The notes: generated by a model not told the origin, from the letters alone. 64,000 nucleotides of DNA from Gammaproteobacteria bacterium (GCA_963662545.2 CAXXLL010000002.1:1376001-1440000), one strand, 5' to 3'; shown: positions 36,534-46,057, numbered from the stretch's first letter. Numbers and translations are program-made.

Positions 36534-39500
36534 ATGAGCCTCCCTCCCTACGCGGAATTGCACTGTCTCAGCAACTTCACTTTCCTGCGGGGCGCTTCCC
36601 ATCCCCAGGAACTCGTAGCTCAGGCGCACGCCCTTGGCTACAGCGCATTGGCCTTGACGGATGAATGTACTTTTGCCGGCGCGGTGCGCGCCCACGTCGC
36701 CGCCCGGGAACTCGGGTGCAAGCTCATCGTGGGCACGGAACTCAAGCTGGCCGACGGCCTGTCGCTGCTCCTCCTGGCCGACGATATCAAGGCTTACCGG
36801 CAGATCTCGGCGCTCATCACCTGCGGCCGCCGCCGCATGGAAAAAGGCGCTTATCACCTCGAGCGCAGCGATGTCGAGGCGTTGATGACGACGGGGCTGG
36901 CCGTCTGGCTGCCGCGCATGGATGAAGCGGCGGCAGCCAGTGCAAACTGGTTTGCCGATGTTTTTCCAGGGCGGGGATGGATCGGCGTCGGATTGTTCTA
37001 CAGCGGGGCGGACGGCGCGCTGCTCGAACATGCGCGGGATCTTTCCCGGTCTCGCGGGCTGCCGCTGGTCGCCGTCGGCGACGTTCATGCACATTGCCGC
37101 GAACGGCGTCCTCTGCTCGATACCGTGACGGCGATACGTCTGGGTATGACGCTCGGCGAAGCGGGTCGCAGCCTCTTTGCCAGTAGTGAGCGCTATCTGC
37201 GCCCGCGCGCGCGCCTCGCGCACATCTATCCCGCAGACCTTCTACGCGAGACCCTGGTGCTGGCCGAGCGCTGCAACTTCTGTTTGAGCGAACTGCATTA
37301 CGACTACCCGCGCGAACTCGTCCCGGCAGGGAAGACGCCATCGTCCCATCTGCGCAGTCTGACCGAAGCCGGCATGCGTCGCCGCTGGCCCCAGGGTGCG
37401 CCGGAAAAAGTTCGCCGACTCATCGATCACGAACTCGCGCTCATCACCGAACTCAACTACGAGGCTTTCTTCCTCACGGTTTACGACATCGTCGAATTCG
37501 CACGGGCGCGCGGCATCCTGTGCCAGGGTCGCGGATCGGCGGCCAATTCCGCCGTGTGCTACAGCCTCGGCATCACCGAAGTCGATCCGGCGCGCATGGA
37601 GATGCTGTTCGAGCGCTTCATTTCCAGGGAGCGCAACGAACCGCCCGATATCGATGTCGATTTCGAGCATGAGCGGCGCGAGGAGGTCATCCAGTACGTC
37701 TATGGCAAGTACGGTCGCGAACGCGCGGCCCTCGCGGCCACGGTGGTCACTTACAAGCTGCGCAGCGCTGTCCGTGATGTCGGCAAGGTGCTCGGCCTGA
37801 GCCTCGATCAAGTCGACCGTCTGGCCAAGAACATGTACTGGTGGGATCGCGGGGCGGCCATCCCGGAGCGCTTGAGAGAGGTCGGTTTCGATCCGGACAA
37901 CCCGGTGATCGAGCGCCTGGTCATGCTGGTCACCGAACTCATCGGGTTTCCCCGGCACTTGTCGCAGCACGTCGGCGGCTTCGTCATTTCCGATCATCCG
38001 CTGTCGCGATTGGTGCCCGTCGAAAACGCCGCCATGCCGGAGCGCACGGTCATTCAATGGGACAAGGACGATCTCGAAACCCTGGGCCTGCTCAAGGTCG
38101 ATTGTCTGTGCCTGGGCATGCTCACGGCGATTCGTAAGAGCTTCGATTTGATTCGGGACTTCGACGGACGCGTCCTGACGCTCGAGACGATTCCGGCGGA
38201 AGATCCGGCGACCTACGCCATGATCCAGAAAGGCGATACGGTGGGCGTCTTTCAGATCGAGTCGCGCGCGCAGATGGCGATGCTGCCGCGCCTGAAGCCC
38301 GCCTGTTATTACGACCTGGTGATCGAGGTGGCGATCATCCGTCCGGGGCCGATCCAAGGCGAGATGGTGCATCCCTACCTGCGCCGGCGTAGAGGTGAGG
38401 AAGAAGTCACCTATCCCAGCGAGGAAGTCCGCGGCGTGCTCGAACGCACGCTCGGCGTGCCCTTGTTTCAGGAGCAGGTGATCAAGCTCGCCATGGTCGC
38501 GGCCGGGTTTTCACCCGGCAAGGCCGATCAACTGCGGCGCTCCATGGCGACCTGGAAGCGCAACGGTGGTATTGAACGCTTCCGCAAGGATCTGATCCAC
38601 GGCATGCGTTCGCACGGCTGCGACGAAGAATTCGCCGAGCGCATCTTCAACCAGATCCAGGGTTTCGGCGAATACGGATTCCCCGAGTCCCACTCCGCGA
38701 GTTTCGCGCTGCTGGCCTATGTTTCAGCCTGGCTCAAGCGGCATGAGCCGGCAGCTTTTACCGCGGCGCTCTTGAACAGCCAGCCCATGGGGTTTTATGC
38801 GCCCTCGCAACTCGTGCAGGACGCGGCAGGACACGGCGTCGAAATCAGGCCCGCTGACGTCCAGTTGAGCGCCTGGGATTGCACGCTCGAGACGGACTGT
38901 GGTGAGAAATACGGGCTAGCCCGCGGCATGCCCGCGGTTCGGCTCGGGCTGCGCATGGTCAAGGGTCTGCCGGCGGACGCCGGTGCTCGACTCGTCGACG
39001 CCAGGGAGGCAGCGGGGTTTATCGACGTCCCCGATCTCGCGCGCCGCGCCGCGCTCGACCGCGGCGCGATCAAAGCGCTGTCGCGCGCAGGTGCACTCAA
39101 GACCCTGGCCGGCAACCGTCATCAGGCGGGATGGGCGGCGCTAGCAATCGAGCAGCCGGTGGACCTCATTGCGGAGGCGCGCATTATCGAAGCGACGCCC
39201 TTGTTACGCCGGCCAAGTGAAGGCGAAGACATCATCGCCGATTACTCAAGCCTCGGGCTGACTCTTGGCCGGCATCCCCTGGCGCTCTTGCGCAGGCAGC
39301 TCGATCGACGGCACTTCATCACCGCGGAGATGCTCGGCCGGGCACGGCATGGCGAGTCCATCCGCACGGTGGGACTGGTCATCATGCGTCAGCGTCCCGG
39401 CACGGCAACGGGGGTCGTCTTCGTCACCCTCGAAGACGAAACCGGCATCATCAATCTCATCGTGTGGTCGAGCCTGGTCGAAACACAGCGTCGCGAGCTA

Positions 39501-39635
39501 CTCAATGCGAGACTGCTCGGCGTCACCGGTGAGGTCCAGCGCGAGGGGGAGGTCATTCACGTCATCGCGAAACGTCTCGAAGATCACACGGCCTTGCTCG
39601 GGCGACTGGCGACGCAGTCGCGCGATTTCCATTAG
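36534..39635 (+). CDS. dnaE2: Error-prone DNA polymerase DnaE2
   Basis: YAELHCLSNFTFLRGASHP, GRGSAANSAVCY, PPDIDVDFEHERREEV, GFPESH, C-terminal SRDFH. Confidence 0.97.
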   Translation: MSLPPYAELHCLSNFTFLRGASHPQELVAQAHALGYSALALTDECTFAGAVRAHVAARELGCKLIVGTELKLADGLSLLLLADDIKAYRQISALITCGRRRMEKGAYHLERSDVEALMTTGLAVWLPRMDEAAAASANWFADVFPGRGWIGVGLFYSGADGALLEHARDLSRSRGLPLVAVGDVHAHCRERRPLLDTVTAIRLGMTLGEAGRSLFASSERYLRPRARLAHIYPADLLRETLVLAERCNFCLSELHYDYPRELVPAGKTPSSHLRSLTEAGMRRRWPQGAPEKVRRLIDHELALITELNYEAFFLTVYDIVEFARARGILCQGRGSAANSAVCYSLGITEVDPARMEMLFERFISRERNEPPDIDVDFEHERREEVIQYVYGKYGRERAALAATVVTYKLRSAVRDVGKVLGLSLDQVDRLAKNMYWWDRGAAIPERLREVGFDPDNPVIERLVMLVTELIGFPRHLSQHVGGFVISDHPLSRLVPVENAAMPERTVIQWDKDDLETLGLLKVDCLCLGMLTAIRKSFDLIRDFDGRVLTLETIPAEDPATYAMIQKGDTVGVFQIESRAQMAMLPRLKPACYYDLVIEVAIIRPGPIQGEMVHPYLRRRRGEEEVTYPSEEVRGVLERTLGVPLFQEQVIKLAMVAAGFSPGKADQLRRSMATWKRNGGIERFRKDLIHGMRSHGCDEEFAERIFNQIQGFGEYGFPESHSASFALLAYVSAWLKRHEPAAFTAALLNSQPMGFYAPSQLVQDAAGHGVEIRPADVQLSAWDCTLETDCGEKYGLARGMPAVRLGLRMVKGLPADAGARLVDAREAAGFIDVPDLARRAALDRGAIKALSRAGALKTLAGNRHQAGWAALAIEQPVDLIAEARIIEATPLLRRPSEGEDIIADYSSLGLTLGRHPLALLRRQLDRRHFITAEMLGRARHGESIRTVGLVIMRQRPGTATGVVFVTLEDETGIINLIVWSSLVETQRRELLNARLLGVTGEVQREGEVIHVIAKRLEDHTALLGRLATQSRDFH

Positions 39636-39636
39636 C

Positions 39637-39661
39637 AAGGAATCGCCGCAAGCGGGCGAAT
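39637..39661. repeat. REP-like hairpin downstream of dnaE2
   Basis: AAGGAATCGCCGCAAGCGGGCGAAT, nearly identical to the reverse complement of 36426-36454. Confidence 0.6.
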
Positions 39662-39723
39662 AGAGCTGACGTGCGCCGGTGATCCTGACGCCGGCATCGG
39701 GGCATGAACCGGGAAATCCCTAA

Positions 39724-39884
39724 CAGGATGTTGAAAAACGATGTCCTATCGTTTTTCAACTCGCTTCGGCGAAAACGCGGTTTCCGCCAAGCTCCATCCA
39801 TCAATCACTTAGGTGATTGATGGATGCCGGTACATCCCTGTACCGGAAACAGGCGGTCGAAAAACGGAGTTTTTCAACAGCCTG
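39724..39884. mobile_element. MITE family B, copy 1 (161 bp)
   Basis: TIR CAGGATGTTGAAAAA / TTTTTCAACAGCCTG flanked by CTAA on both sides; aligns with 54506-54666. Confidence 0.85.
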
Positions 39885-40316
39885 CTAACTGGTGTGGTCG
39901 GTTTCGGATTGGTGCAGACGCCGTTCGAGCCGTTCCGCCTTTTCGGCGCTACCGCCCAGAAATTTGGGCGCCGCACGATAGAATTTGATCAGGTCTTCAA
40001 CGACACGGACGTCGTCGGGGGCGAGTTCCACCGCCTGTTCGAATGCATTGCGCGTTTTCCTGGCGAGGCCTAGCACGCTCAGCCAATTGGCTTGTTCGGT
40101 CATGCGGCCATAGCTTTTACCCAGCAAATGAACGCAACGCACACATTCCGGTTGAATTTTCACAACTTCTTCGAGGATCTGTGCAGCTCGCTCGTAATCC
40201 TCCGCCTCATAGGCTCGCATGCCGATCGCGAAAGCCTGCCCTGCGTCATCCGCTGTGAGATCCGCTTGGACGTTGAATGTTACGAACAACCCGAGCAGTA
40301 AACTGAAATGACGCAT
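39885..40316 (-). CDS. Exported TPR-repeat protein
   Basis: Signal peptide; GMRAYEAEDYERAAQILEEVV, AFEQAVELAPDD, APKFLGGSAEKA. Its TAG stop coincides with the MITE target site. Confidence 0.8.
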   Translation of the reverse strand: MRHFSLLLGLFVTFNVQADLTADDAGQAFAIGMRAYEAEDYERAAQILEEVVKIQPECVRCVHLLGKSYGRMTEQANWLSVLGLARKTRNAFEQAVELAPDDVRVVEDLIKFYRAAPKFLGGSAEKAERLERRLHQSETDHTS

Positions 40317-40408
40317 CGCTGATGAACGATCAGGTGGTAAAACCGCCGCGAATATAAAGTATCGGTCGATCGATTGCCAGCGGTGACGCCGATCTCGTGG
40401 ACCTCTAA

Positions 40409-40445
40409 GGAACCTCTGAATAAGTCATGGCACATCTGCCTTGCC
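40409..40445. mobile_element. MITE family C, isolated end
   Basis: CTAA-GGAACCTCTGAATAAGTCATGGCACATCTGCCTTGCC is identical to one end of 50629-50791 in reverse complement. Confidence 0.75.
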
Positions 40446-41954
40446 GGATGGCACCTGTCCGCCCGCGTTAGCCCAATCGATTCGGTAGACATTGAAATAA
40501 CCGGTTTCTGCGAGAACGTCGATGCCGCGCGGCGTTTCAAAGCCGATCGATTGCAGCAGGTCGATCACCTGCTCGCGCGTGCGACTAACGACGAACCGCG
40601 GCCGTACCTTGCCCCCGACGCTCGATACCCAATTTCGATGCTCGAATAACTGAAGGGCGGCACCGGGACGGTTCCAATAAGCGAAACCGAGCGCCCAGGC
40701 CGCTTCCGTATCCAACATAAGGGGTAGGTTGGAACCGCCGAATAACTCGTCCAGTTGGGCCAGCGCCCGGCCCGGGAAGTATTCCTGATGATAGAACTGC
40801 TGGCACAGATCTGCGGAACCATTTCGCGCGTCGCCGCTGCAAGGTGGCGTGAAGTGCCCCAGGGCAAAAACACCGATCGCACCGCCAGCTGCAAATTTCA
40901 GGCGCTCAAATGCCCATCGATTAAACAGCAGGTCGAGACCGCTCGAAATCAATCCGCCCACGGTCAGGCACCACAAAGGAAGCAGCGGAACAAAGGTTCT
41001 CGGAAACAGCGCGACCGGCGACAGCGCAAGCGTGGCGGCGATGACCGTGAACAAGGCGAGGAAGAGCAGCGTCCCGGCGTCTGCTTGAAAATGAGTCGGG
41101 CGTCGGAAGAGACGCCACAGCGAAGCCAGAAGACCCGCTGCCATCAACGGCGTCAACCATACGAATTCCCCGAGCGTGCTCTTGAACCAGTGGATGAAAA
41201 TGCGGCCATTGGCCCAGGCACTCCAACCCGCGGCGGCGTGCATACGAACGTCGTCCAGGACAGCCAAATAAATGCCGAGGCCGGCGACGCTGAGCACGAG
41301 GGCTACCGCGAATCGCGCCCGCCAGCCTGCCGGGACGGAATTGCGCCCGATGATGCGATTGAAAACCGCCCAGCTCAGGCAAACGCCGCCGGCGAGGATG
41401 TTCGTCGGCATAATCGCGGTACATCCGATGGCGCCGACGCCGTAGCCAAGCCCTGCCAGGCGGTTTGAACCGTTCAAGAAAGGCAGCACCGTTGCGGCCA
41501 TGAGCAGGATCCAGGGCCACGAAAACGCGTAGCCGCGAAGTTCGAGCGCAAAGGCCTCGGTGACCGAACTTCCACAGAATACCGCGAGCCCGATCAAGCC
41601 CGCGCGGGGCCCGAGTATCCGAATCCCGGTGATCGTGATCGCGATGAGTGTCGTGAACCAGGTCCAAAGGGGCAGCATTCTGATCTGCGCCGGCGTATCC
41701 CCGCGTTCCCAGGTCCAAGACAGCACGCCGCTGAACAGCATGTGATTGTTGGGTTGAGGATAGACGGTGAAGGGGTAGGTGAATTCCTGATTGGCGTAGA
41801 GCAAGAGCGTCGCCGCTTCATCCTGCCACACGCCGTCGCTCAGGCCGGGCAGAATGCGGAGCGTGCCGAGTGCCCACAAGAGGATGGCCGTGACCACGAG
41901 TACTCGGTTGTCGCGCGCCCAAACTTTGCCGAGAGACCACAGATTGATGTTCAC
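40425..41954 (-). CDS. Polytopic GT-C-like glycosyltransferase / membrane protein
   Basis: VWQDEAAT, YPQPNNHMLFS, ELRGYA and many TM helices; GTG start. Confidence 0.72.
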   Translation of the reverse strand: MNINLWSLGKVWARDNRVLVVTAILLWALGTLRILPGLSDGVWQDEAATLLLYANQEFTYPFTVYPQPNNHMLFSGVLSWTWERGDTPAQIRMLPLWTWFTTLIAITITGIRILGPRAGLIGLAVFCGSSVTEAFALELRGYAFSWPWILLMAATVLPFLNGSNRLAGLGYGVGAIGCTAIMPTNILAGGVCLSWAVFNRIIGRNSVPAGWRARFAVALVLSVAGLGIYLAVLDDVRMHAAAGWSAWANGRIFIHWFKSTLGEFVWLTPLMAAGLLASLWRLFRRPTHFQADAGTLLFLALFTVIAATLALSPVALFPRTFVPLLPLWCLTVGGLISSGLDLLFNRWAFERLKFAAGGAIGVFALGHFTPPCSGDARNGSADLCQQFYHQEYFPGRALAQLDELFGGSNLPLMLDTEAAWALGFAYWNRPGAALQLFEHRNWVSSVGGKVRPRFVVSRTREQVIDLLQSIGFETPRGIDVLAETGYFNVYRIDWANAGGQVPSGKADVP

Positions 41955-41973
41955 GGTGCGACCGTCTGCTTAA

Positions 41974-42135
41974 GGAATCTCTGAATAAGTTATGGCACAC
42001 TTGCCTTGCGCTTGAAATCGCGGAGCCTTACGTTACGAATCTTGCCAATAGTCCCCACTATTGCCTGCGATTCGTGCCTTGATCTGCACGATTTCATGCA
42101 CAATTCACCCGCACCATAATTTATTCAGAGCTTCC
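41974..42135. mobile_element. MITE family C, copy 1 (162 bp)
   Basis: TIR GGAATCTCTGAATAA / TTATTCAGAGCTTCC with a TTAA duplication. Confidence 0.85.
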
Positions 42136-42260
42136 TTAACCGATGGCGCTATGTTACCGCGCCACAGCACCTCATTCGGTCCGGCGACGTTGTGTTCGCT
42201 CGCGCGCCCAGTACAATGCCCGCCTTCGTATTGCACTGCCGCAAACGCGGCAATTGTTCG

Positions 42261-43424
42261 ATGGATAAGCCCGCCGCGAAACCAACCAATCCGTGTTTTT
42301 CTTCCGGTCCCTGCCCGAAGCGACCGGGGTGGGAGACGGCTGTTCTCGCGGATGCGCTCGTCGGGCGCTCGCATCGCTCCAAGCCCGGCAAAGCGCGCCT
42401 CAAGCAGGTCATCGATCAGACTCGGGGGATCCTCGAGGTACCGGACGACTACCGCATTGGTATCGTCCCGGGCTCCGATACGGGCGCCGTCGAGATGGCC
42501 CTGTGGAACCTGCTCGGTACGCGCGGCGTCGACGTGTTGGCCTGGGAAAGTTTCGGTCTGGAATGGGTGACGGATGTGATCGACGTCCTGCAGATCGAGG
42601 ATGCGCGAAAGCTGACTGCAGCTTACGGCGAATTACCCGATCTCGAACGAGTCGATTTCGCGCGCGACGCGGTCTTCGTATGGAATGGCACGACCAGTGG
42701 CGTCAAGCTGCCTGACGGAGCGTGGATACCCGACGATCGAGAAGGGCTTACCATTTGCGACGCGACTTCGGCGGCATTCGCCATGCGGCTACCATGGCGC
42801 AAGCTCGATGTCGTCACGTTCTCCTGGCAGAAGGCACTCGGCAGCGAAGCCGCTCACGGCATCATCGTCCTCGGTCCGCGCGCGGTGGATCGCCTGACGA
42901 CCTATCAGCCGCCGCGGCCGCTGCCGAAGCTGTTCAGGTTGGTCAAAAAAGGTAAGCTCGACGAAGGACTCTTCGAAGGCGTAACGATCAACACGCCGTC
43001 CATGTTATGCGTGGCGGATTATCTCGACGCGCTTAGATGGGCTGAAGCGGTCGGCGGACTCGACGCTTTGTGTGCACGATCGCAGCAGAACCTCGAGGTG
43101 ATAGCTGAATGGGTCGAAGCGACACCGTGGATCGATTTTCTGGCCAGTGAGGAGAAGACGCGATCGAACACTTCGATCTGCATGACAATCAGGGCACCCT
43201 GGTTTCTCGCACTCGACAGCGATGAACAGGCCGTCGCAAGCAAGCGGATGTCCACCTTACTCGATGAGGAGGGTGTCGCCTACGACATTAACGGCTATCG
43301 AAACGCGCCGCCCGGCCTGCGTATCTGGGGGGGCGCCACGGTCGAGTCCGAGGATATAGCGAAGCTGATCCCGTGGCTCGAGTGGGCCTATGCGCAGGTC
43401 GCGCCGGAAACCGTGACCGATTGA
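42261..43424 (+). CDS. serC: Phosphoserine aminotransferase (Methanosarcina / alphaproteobacterial type)
   Basis: KPTNPCFSSGPCPKRPGW, GRSHRS, PGSDTGAVEMALW, WNGTTSGV, DATSAAF, FSWQK, GLRIWGG. Confidence 0.95.
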   Translation: MDKPAAKPTNPCFSSGPCPKRPGWETAVLADALVGRSHRSKPGKARLKQVIDQTRGILEVPDDYRIGIVPGSDTGAVEMALWNLLGTRGVDVLAWESFGLEWVTDVIDVLQIEDARKLTAAYGELPDLERVDFARDAVFVWNGTTSGVKLPDGAWIPDDREGLTICDATSAAFAMRLPWRKLDVVTFSWQKALGSEAAHGIIVLGPRAVDRLTTYQPPRPLPKLFRLVKKGKLDEGLFEGVTINTPSMLCVADYLDALRWAEAVGGLDALCARSQQNLEVIAEWVEATPWIDFLASEEKTRSNTSICMTIRAPWFLALDSDEQAVASKRMSTLLDEEGVAYDINGYRNAPPGLRIWGGATVESEDIAKLIPWLEWAYAQVAPETVTD

Positions 43425-43447
43425 ATCCAGCAGCCGGGGCAAGTTTG

Positions 43448-45031
43448 ATGTACAAGGTTTTCGTTGCCGATAAGCTCGCGCCCGAAGGCATCGCTGCGCT
43501 CGAACAGTATGCCGAGATCGCCATTGATTGCCTGACGGGTTTAAGCGTGGAGGAGGCCATCCCGCACGTTCGGGATGCCGACGCGATCATCATTCGCAGC
43601 GCGACGAAAATCCGGGGCGAACTGCTCGACGCCGCAAAGCGGCTCAAAGTCGTTGGTCGCGCCGGCATCGGTGTCGATAATATTGACCTTGATGCGACGA
43701 CGGAGCGCGGCATTGTCGTATTGAATACCCCGGATGCCAACGCGACCACGACGGCGGAACTTGCGATCGCTCACATGTTCTCCTTGAGCCGCAACTTGAC
43801 CGCCGCCGATCAATCGGTTCGCTGCGGCAAGTGGGAGAGGAATAATTTCCTTGGCACCGAGTTGTCCGACAAGACGGTCGGCATCGTCGGCTTCGGCACC
43901 ATAGGACGCCTGGTCGCGGATCGATGCCGCGGCTTGAAAATGCGCGTCGTGGGATTTGATCCATTTGTCACAGAAGATACCTTCGTTGAACGCGGCGTCG
44001 AAAAGATGGATATCGACGCGTTGATCGCAGCGTCCGACTATGTGACCTTGCACTGCCCCGTCACTGACGAGACCCGCGGCTTGGTCTCCAGCGAGCGCCT
44101 GAAGTCAATGAGACCGGGCGCGCGGTTGATCAATTGCGCGCGCGGCGGACTGGTCGACGAGCAGGCGCTGATCGAAGCCGTGAAATCAGGACATCTCGCA
44201 GGCGCGGCTCTGGACGTTTTCGAACACGAACCCCCCGGGGAATCACCGCTTTTCGCGCAGACCAACATTCAGTTCACGCCGCATCTGGGTGCGTCCACGC
44301 TCGAAGCGCAAACGGCCGTCGGCGTCGAGATCGCCCACCAGGTCGCCGCGTTTCTGCTGCGTGGTGAAGTTGTTAACGCCGTCAACGTGCCGAGTATTGC
44401 GCCTGAGAAGCTACGCAGACTCGAGCCTTACATGGAACTTTCGCGCAAGCTCGGCCGCCTGCTTTGCCGGATGGCCGAAGCGCCATTCACATCAGCGGAA
44501 ATCGGCGTTTACGGCGAGGCGGCGAAACTCGATACCCACCCGATCGCGAGCGCTGCCATGGTCGGCCTGCTGTGCGAACACCATGCCGTGCCGGTTAACC
44601 AGGTCAACGCCATACACCTGGCCCGCCGCCAGGGGATCCACGTGGTCGAAGTGAGTTCGGCTGACTCCAGGGATTATGTCTCCTTGATCCGCATTACCGG
44701 TATTACGGAGCAGGGTGAATTGTCCCTGGAAGGCGCGATATTCGACGAACGTCACCCGCGCTTGTTGCGGATCAACGATTACGCCATCGAATCGACATTG
44801 GAAGGCCACGTTCTGTTCACGCGGCATGTCGACCGACCGGGGGTGATCGGCGCATTGGGTGAATTGCTCGGCCGCGAAGGCATCAATATCTCGCGCATGC
44901 AGGTCGGGATCGCAGACGGCGGCAACCGCGCCATCGCTCTGATCGGCATCTCGCGACCGCTGACCGAGGCAACCCTCGATGCGGTGAGAAAAATCGATGC
45001 CGTGGAGAAAGCGCTGCAGATCGAATTCTAG
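43448..45031 (+). CDS. serA: D-3-phosphoglycerate dehydrogenase
   Basis: GRAGIGVDNID, GFGTIG, NCARGGLVDE, TPHLGAST, C-terminal ACT domain (DRPGVIG). Confidence 0.96.
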   Translation: MYKVFVADKLAPEGIAALEQYAEIAIDCLTGLSVEEAIPHVRDADAIIIRSATKIRGELLDAAKRLKVVGRAGIGVDNIDLDATTERGIVVLNTPDANATTTAELAIAHMFSLSRNLTAADQSVRCGKWERNNFLGTELSDKTVGIVGFGTIGRLVADRCRGLKMRVVGFDPFVTEDTFVERGVEKMDIDALIAASDYVTLHCPVTDETRGLVSSERLKSMRPGARLINCARGGLVDEQALIEAVKSGHLAGAALDVFEHEPPGESPLFAQTNIQFTPHLGASTLEAQTAVGVEIAHQVAAFLLRGEVVNAVNVPSIAPEKLRRLEPYMELSRKLGRLLCRMAEAPFTSAEIGVYGEAAKLDTHPIASAAMVGLLCEHHAVPVNQVNAIHLARRQGIHVVEVSSADSRDYVSLIRITGITEQGELSLEGAIFDERHPRLLRINDYAIESTLEGHVLFTRHVDRPGVIGALGELLGREGINISRMQVGIADGGNRAIALIGISRPLTEATLDAVRKIDAVEKALQIEF

Positions 45032-45046
45032 TGCAGCCACACGTGC

Positions 45047-45251
45047 TGTAAAAAACGTTGACAGCAGAATACACATTTCTTTTTTCATATAGTTTATTGA
45101 AACTTATGAGAATTTAACCGCGAGTAAACAATCATCCGTGATGGATGCCCGAAAACTGTCTAGTATTCTTTACAAATGGCAAGATACAACTTGTAACGAA
45201 TCCACTAAGTCTCTGAATTTAAAAGATTCTTATAAATGGCTCGATAATTGC
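45047..45251 (+). promoter_or_regulatory. Sigma54 promoter with upstream enhancer-like TGT-N11/12-ACA sites
   Basis: TGGC-TCGATAA-TTGC (GG-N10-GC) at 45237-45251; TGTAAAAAACGTTGACA at 45047-45063 and TGTCTAGTATTCTTTACA at 45157-45174. Confidence 0.72.
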
Positions 45252-45289
45252 TCTAAATCGGCCAGCCCGGCGATTTCCGCGAGACAGCG

Positions 45290-46057
45290 ATGACGAATAC
45301 GACGAATCACCTCCCAACGATCTGCGCGATACTACTGCTCGTGACCGGGCCGGTAGCGGCGGTCCCTACGCTGCAACTCGATATCGACAGCCCGAGCACG
45401 TTTTACCTCACGGGCACCGAAACCATCGTGACGGTGAACCAGGGTTTTACCCTACGCGCGCTCGGAAAAGTATCTGACGTCGATGGTTTCAGCGATCCGA
45501 TGTTTTATCTATCGATCGCCTTGACGCCGGCCCAGGCAGAGCAGCCCGCGCCGAACTTCGGCAGTTTCACGATTGCCGGAACCACCGTCAGCCAAACGGA
45601 TATGATCTTCGGCGTGCCGCCGATGGACGACGCCTTGCTGGGGCTCGGTGCGGATCCTGATGGCGGCGATCTGTCACGTCACGGCATTTTTGAAACCTGG
45701 TTCGCCGAAATCGCTTTCACGTTTGGTGGCACCACGATCGGCAGCTACAACTCGCAGGACGACCCGGGTCTGAACCCGCTGCCGGCGGGTAACGACCTCT
45801 ACATCGAGGAGTTTTTACTGGATACGGCGGGGCTTGCCGCAGGTTTCGGTCTGCATTTCGATCTCTATAACATCGAAACGAAGCTCTGGCAAAGTCAGTT
45901 GGATATCGACGTCAACAAATTCGCTCCTTTCTCACACGACGCCGAGATGATCCCTGTGCCTCCGCAACCGCCTAACACCGGCGTCCCCGAGCCGATGACG
46001 CCGTTGCTGATACTGTCGGGAATAATGTTCCTGCGCCGCGCCAGGCGTAACCACTGA
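45290..46057 (+). CDS. PEP-CTERM sorting-signal surface protein (choice-of-anchor N-like domain)
   Basis: Signal peptide, PTLQLDI...LHFDLYN...FAPFSHDAE, then VPEP + TM helix + RRARR. Confidence 0.9.
   Translation: MTNTTNHLPTICAILLLVTGPVAAVPTLQLDIDSPSTFYLTGTETIVTVNQGFTLRALGKVSDVDGFSDPMFYLSIALTPAQAEQPAPNFGSFTIAGTTVSQTDMIFGVPPMDDALLGLGADPDGGDLSRHGIFETWFAEIAFTFGGTTIGSYNSQDDPGLNPLPAGNDLYIEEFLLDTAGLAAGFGLHFDLYNIETKLWQSQLDIDVNKFAPFSHDAEMIPVPPQPPNTGVPEPMTPLLILSGIMFLRRARRNH

Noticed and set aside
37242-38372. Long antisense or alternative-frame ORFs (e.g. 37242-38372, 58410-59504, 10144-10977, 46656-47510)
   Set aside because: They are shadows of well-supported genes in GC-rich DNA and show no recognisable motifs.
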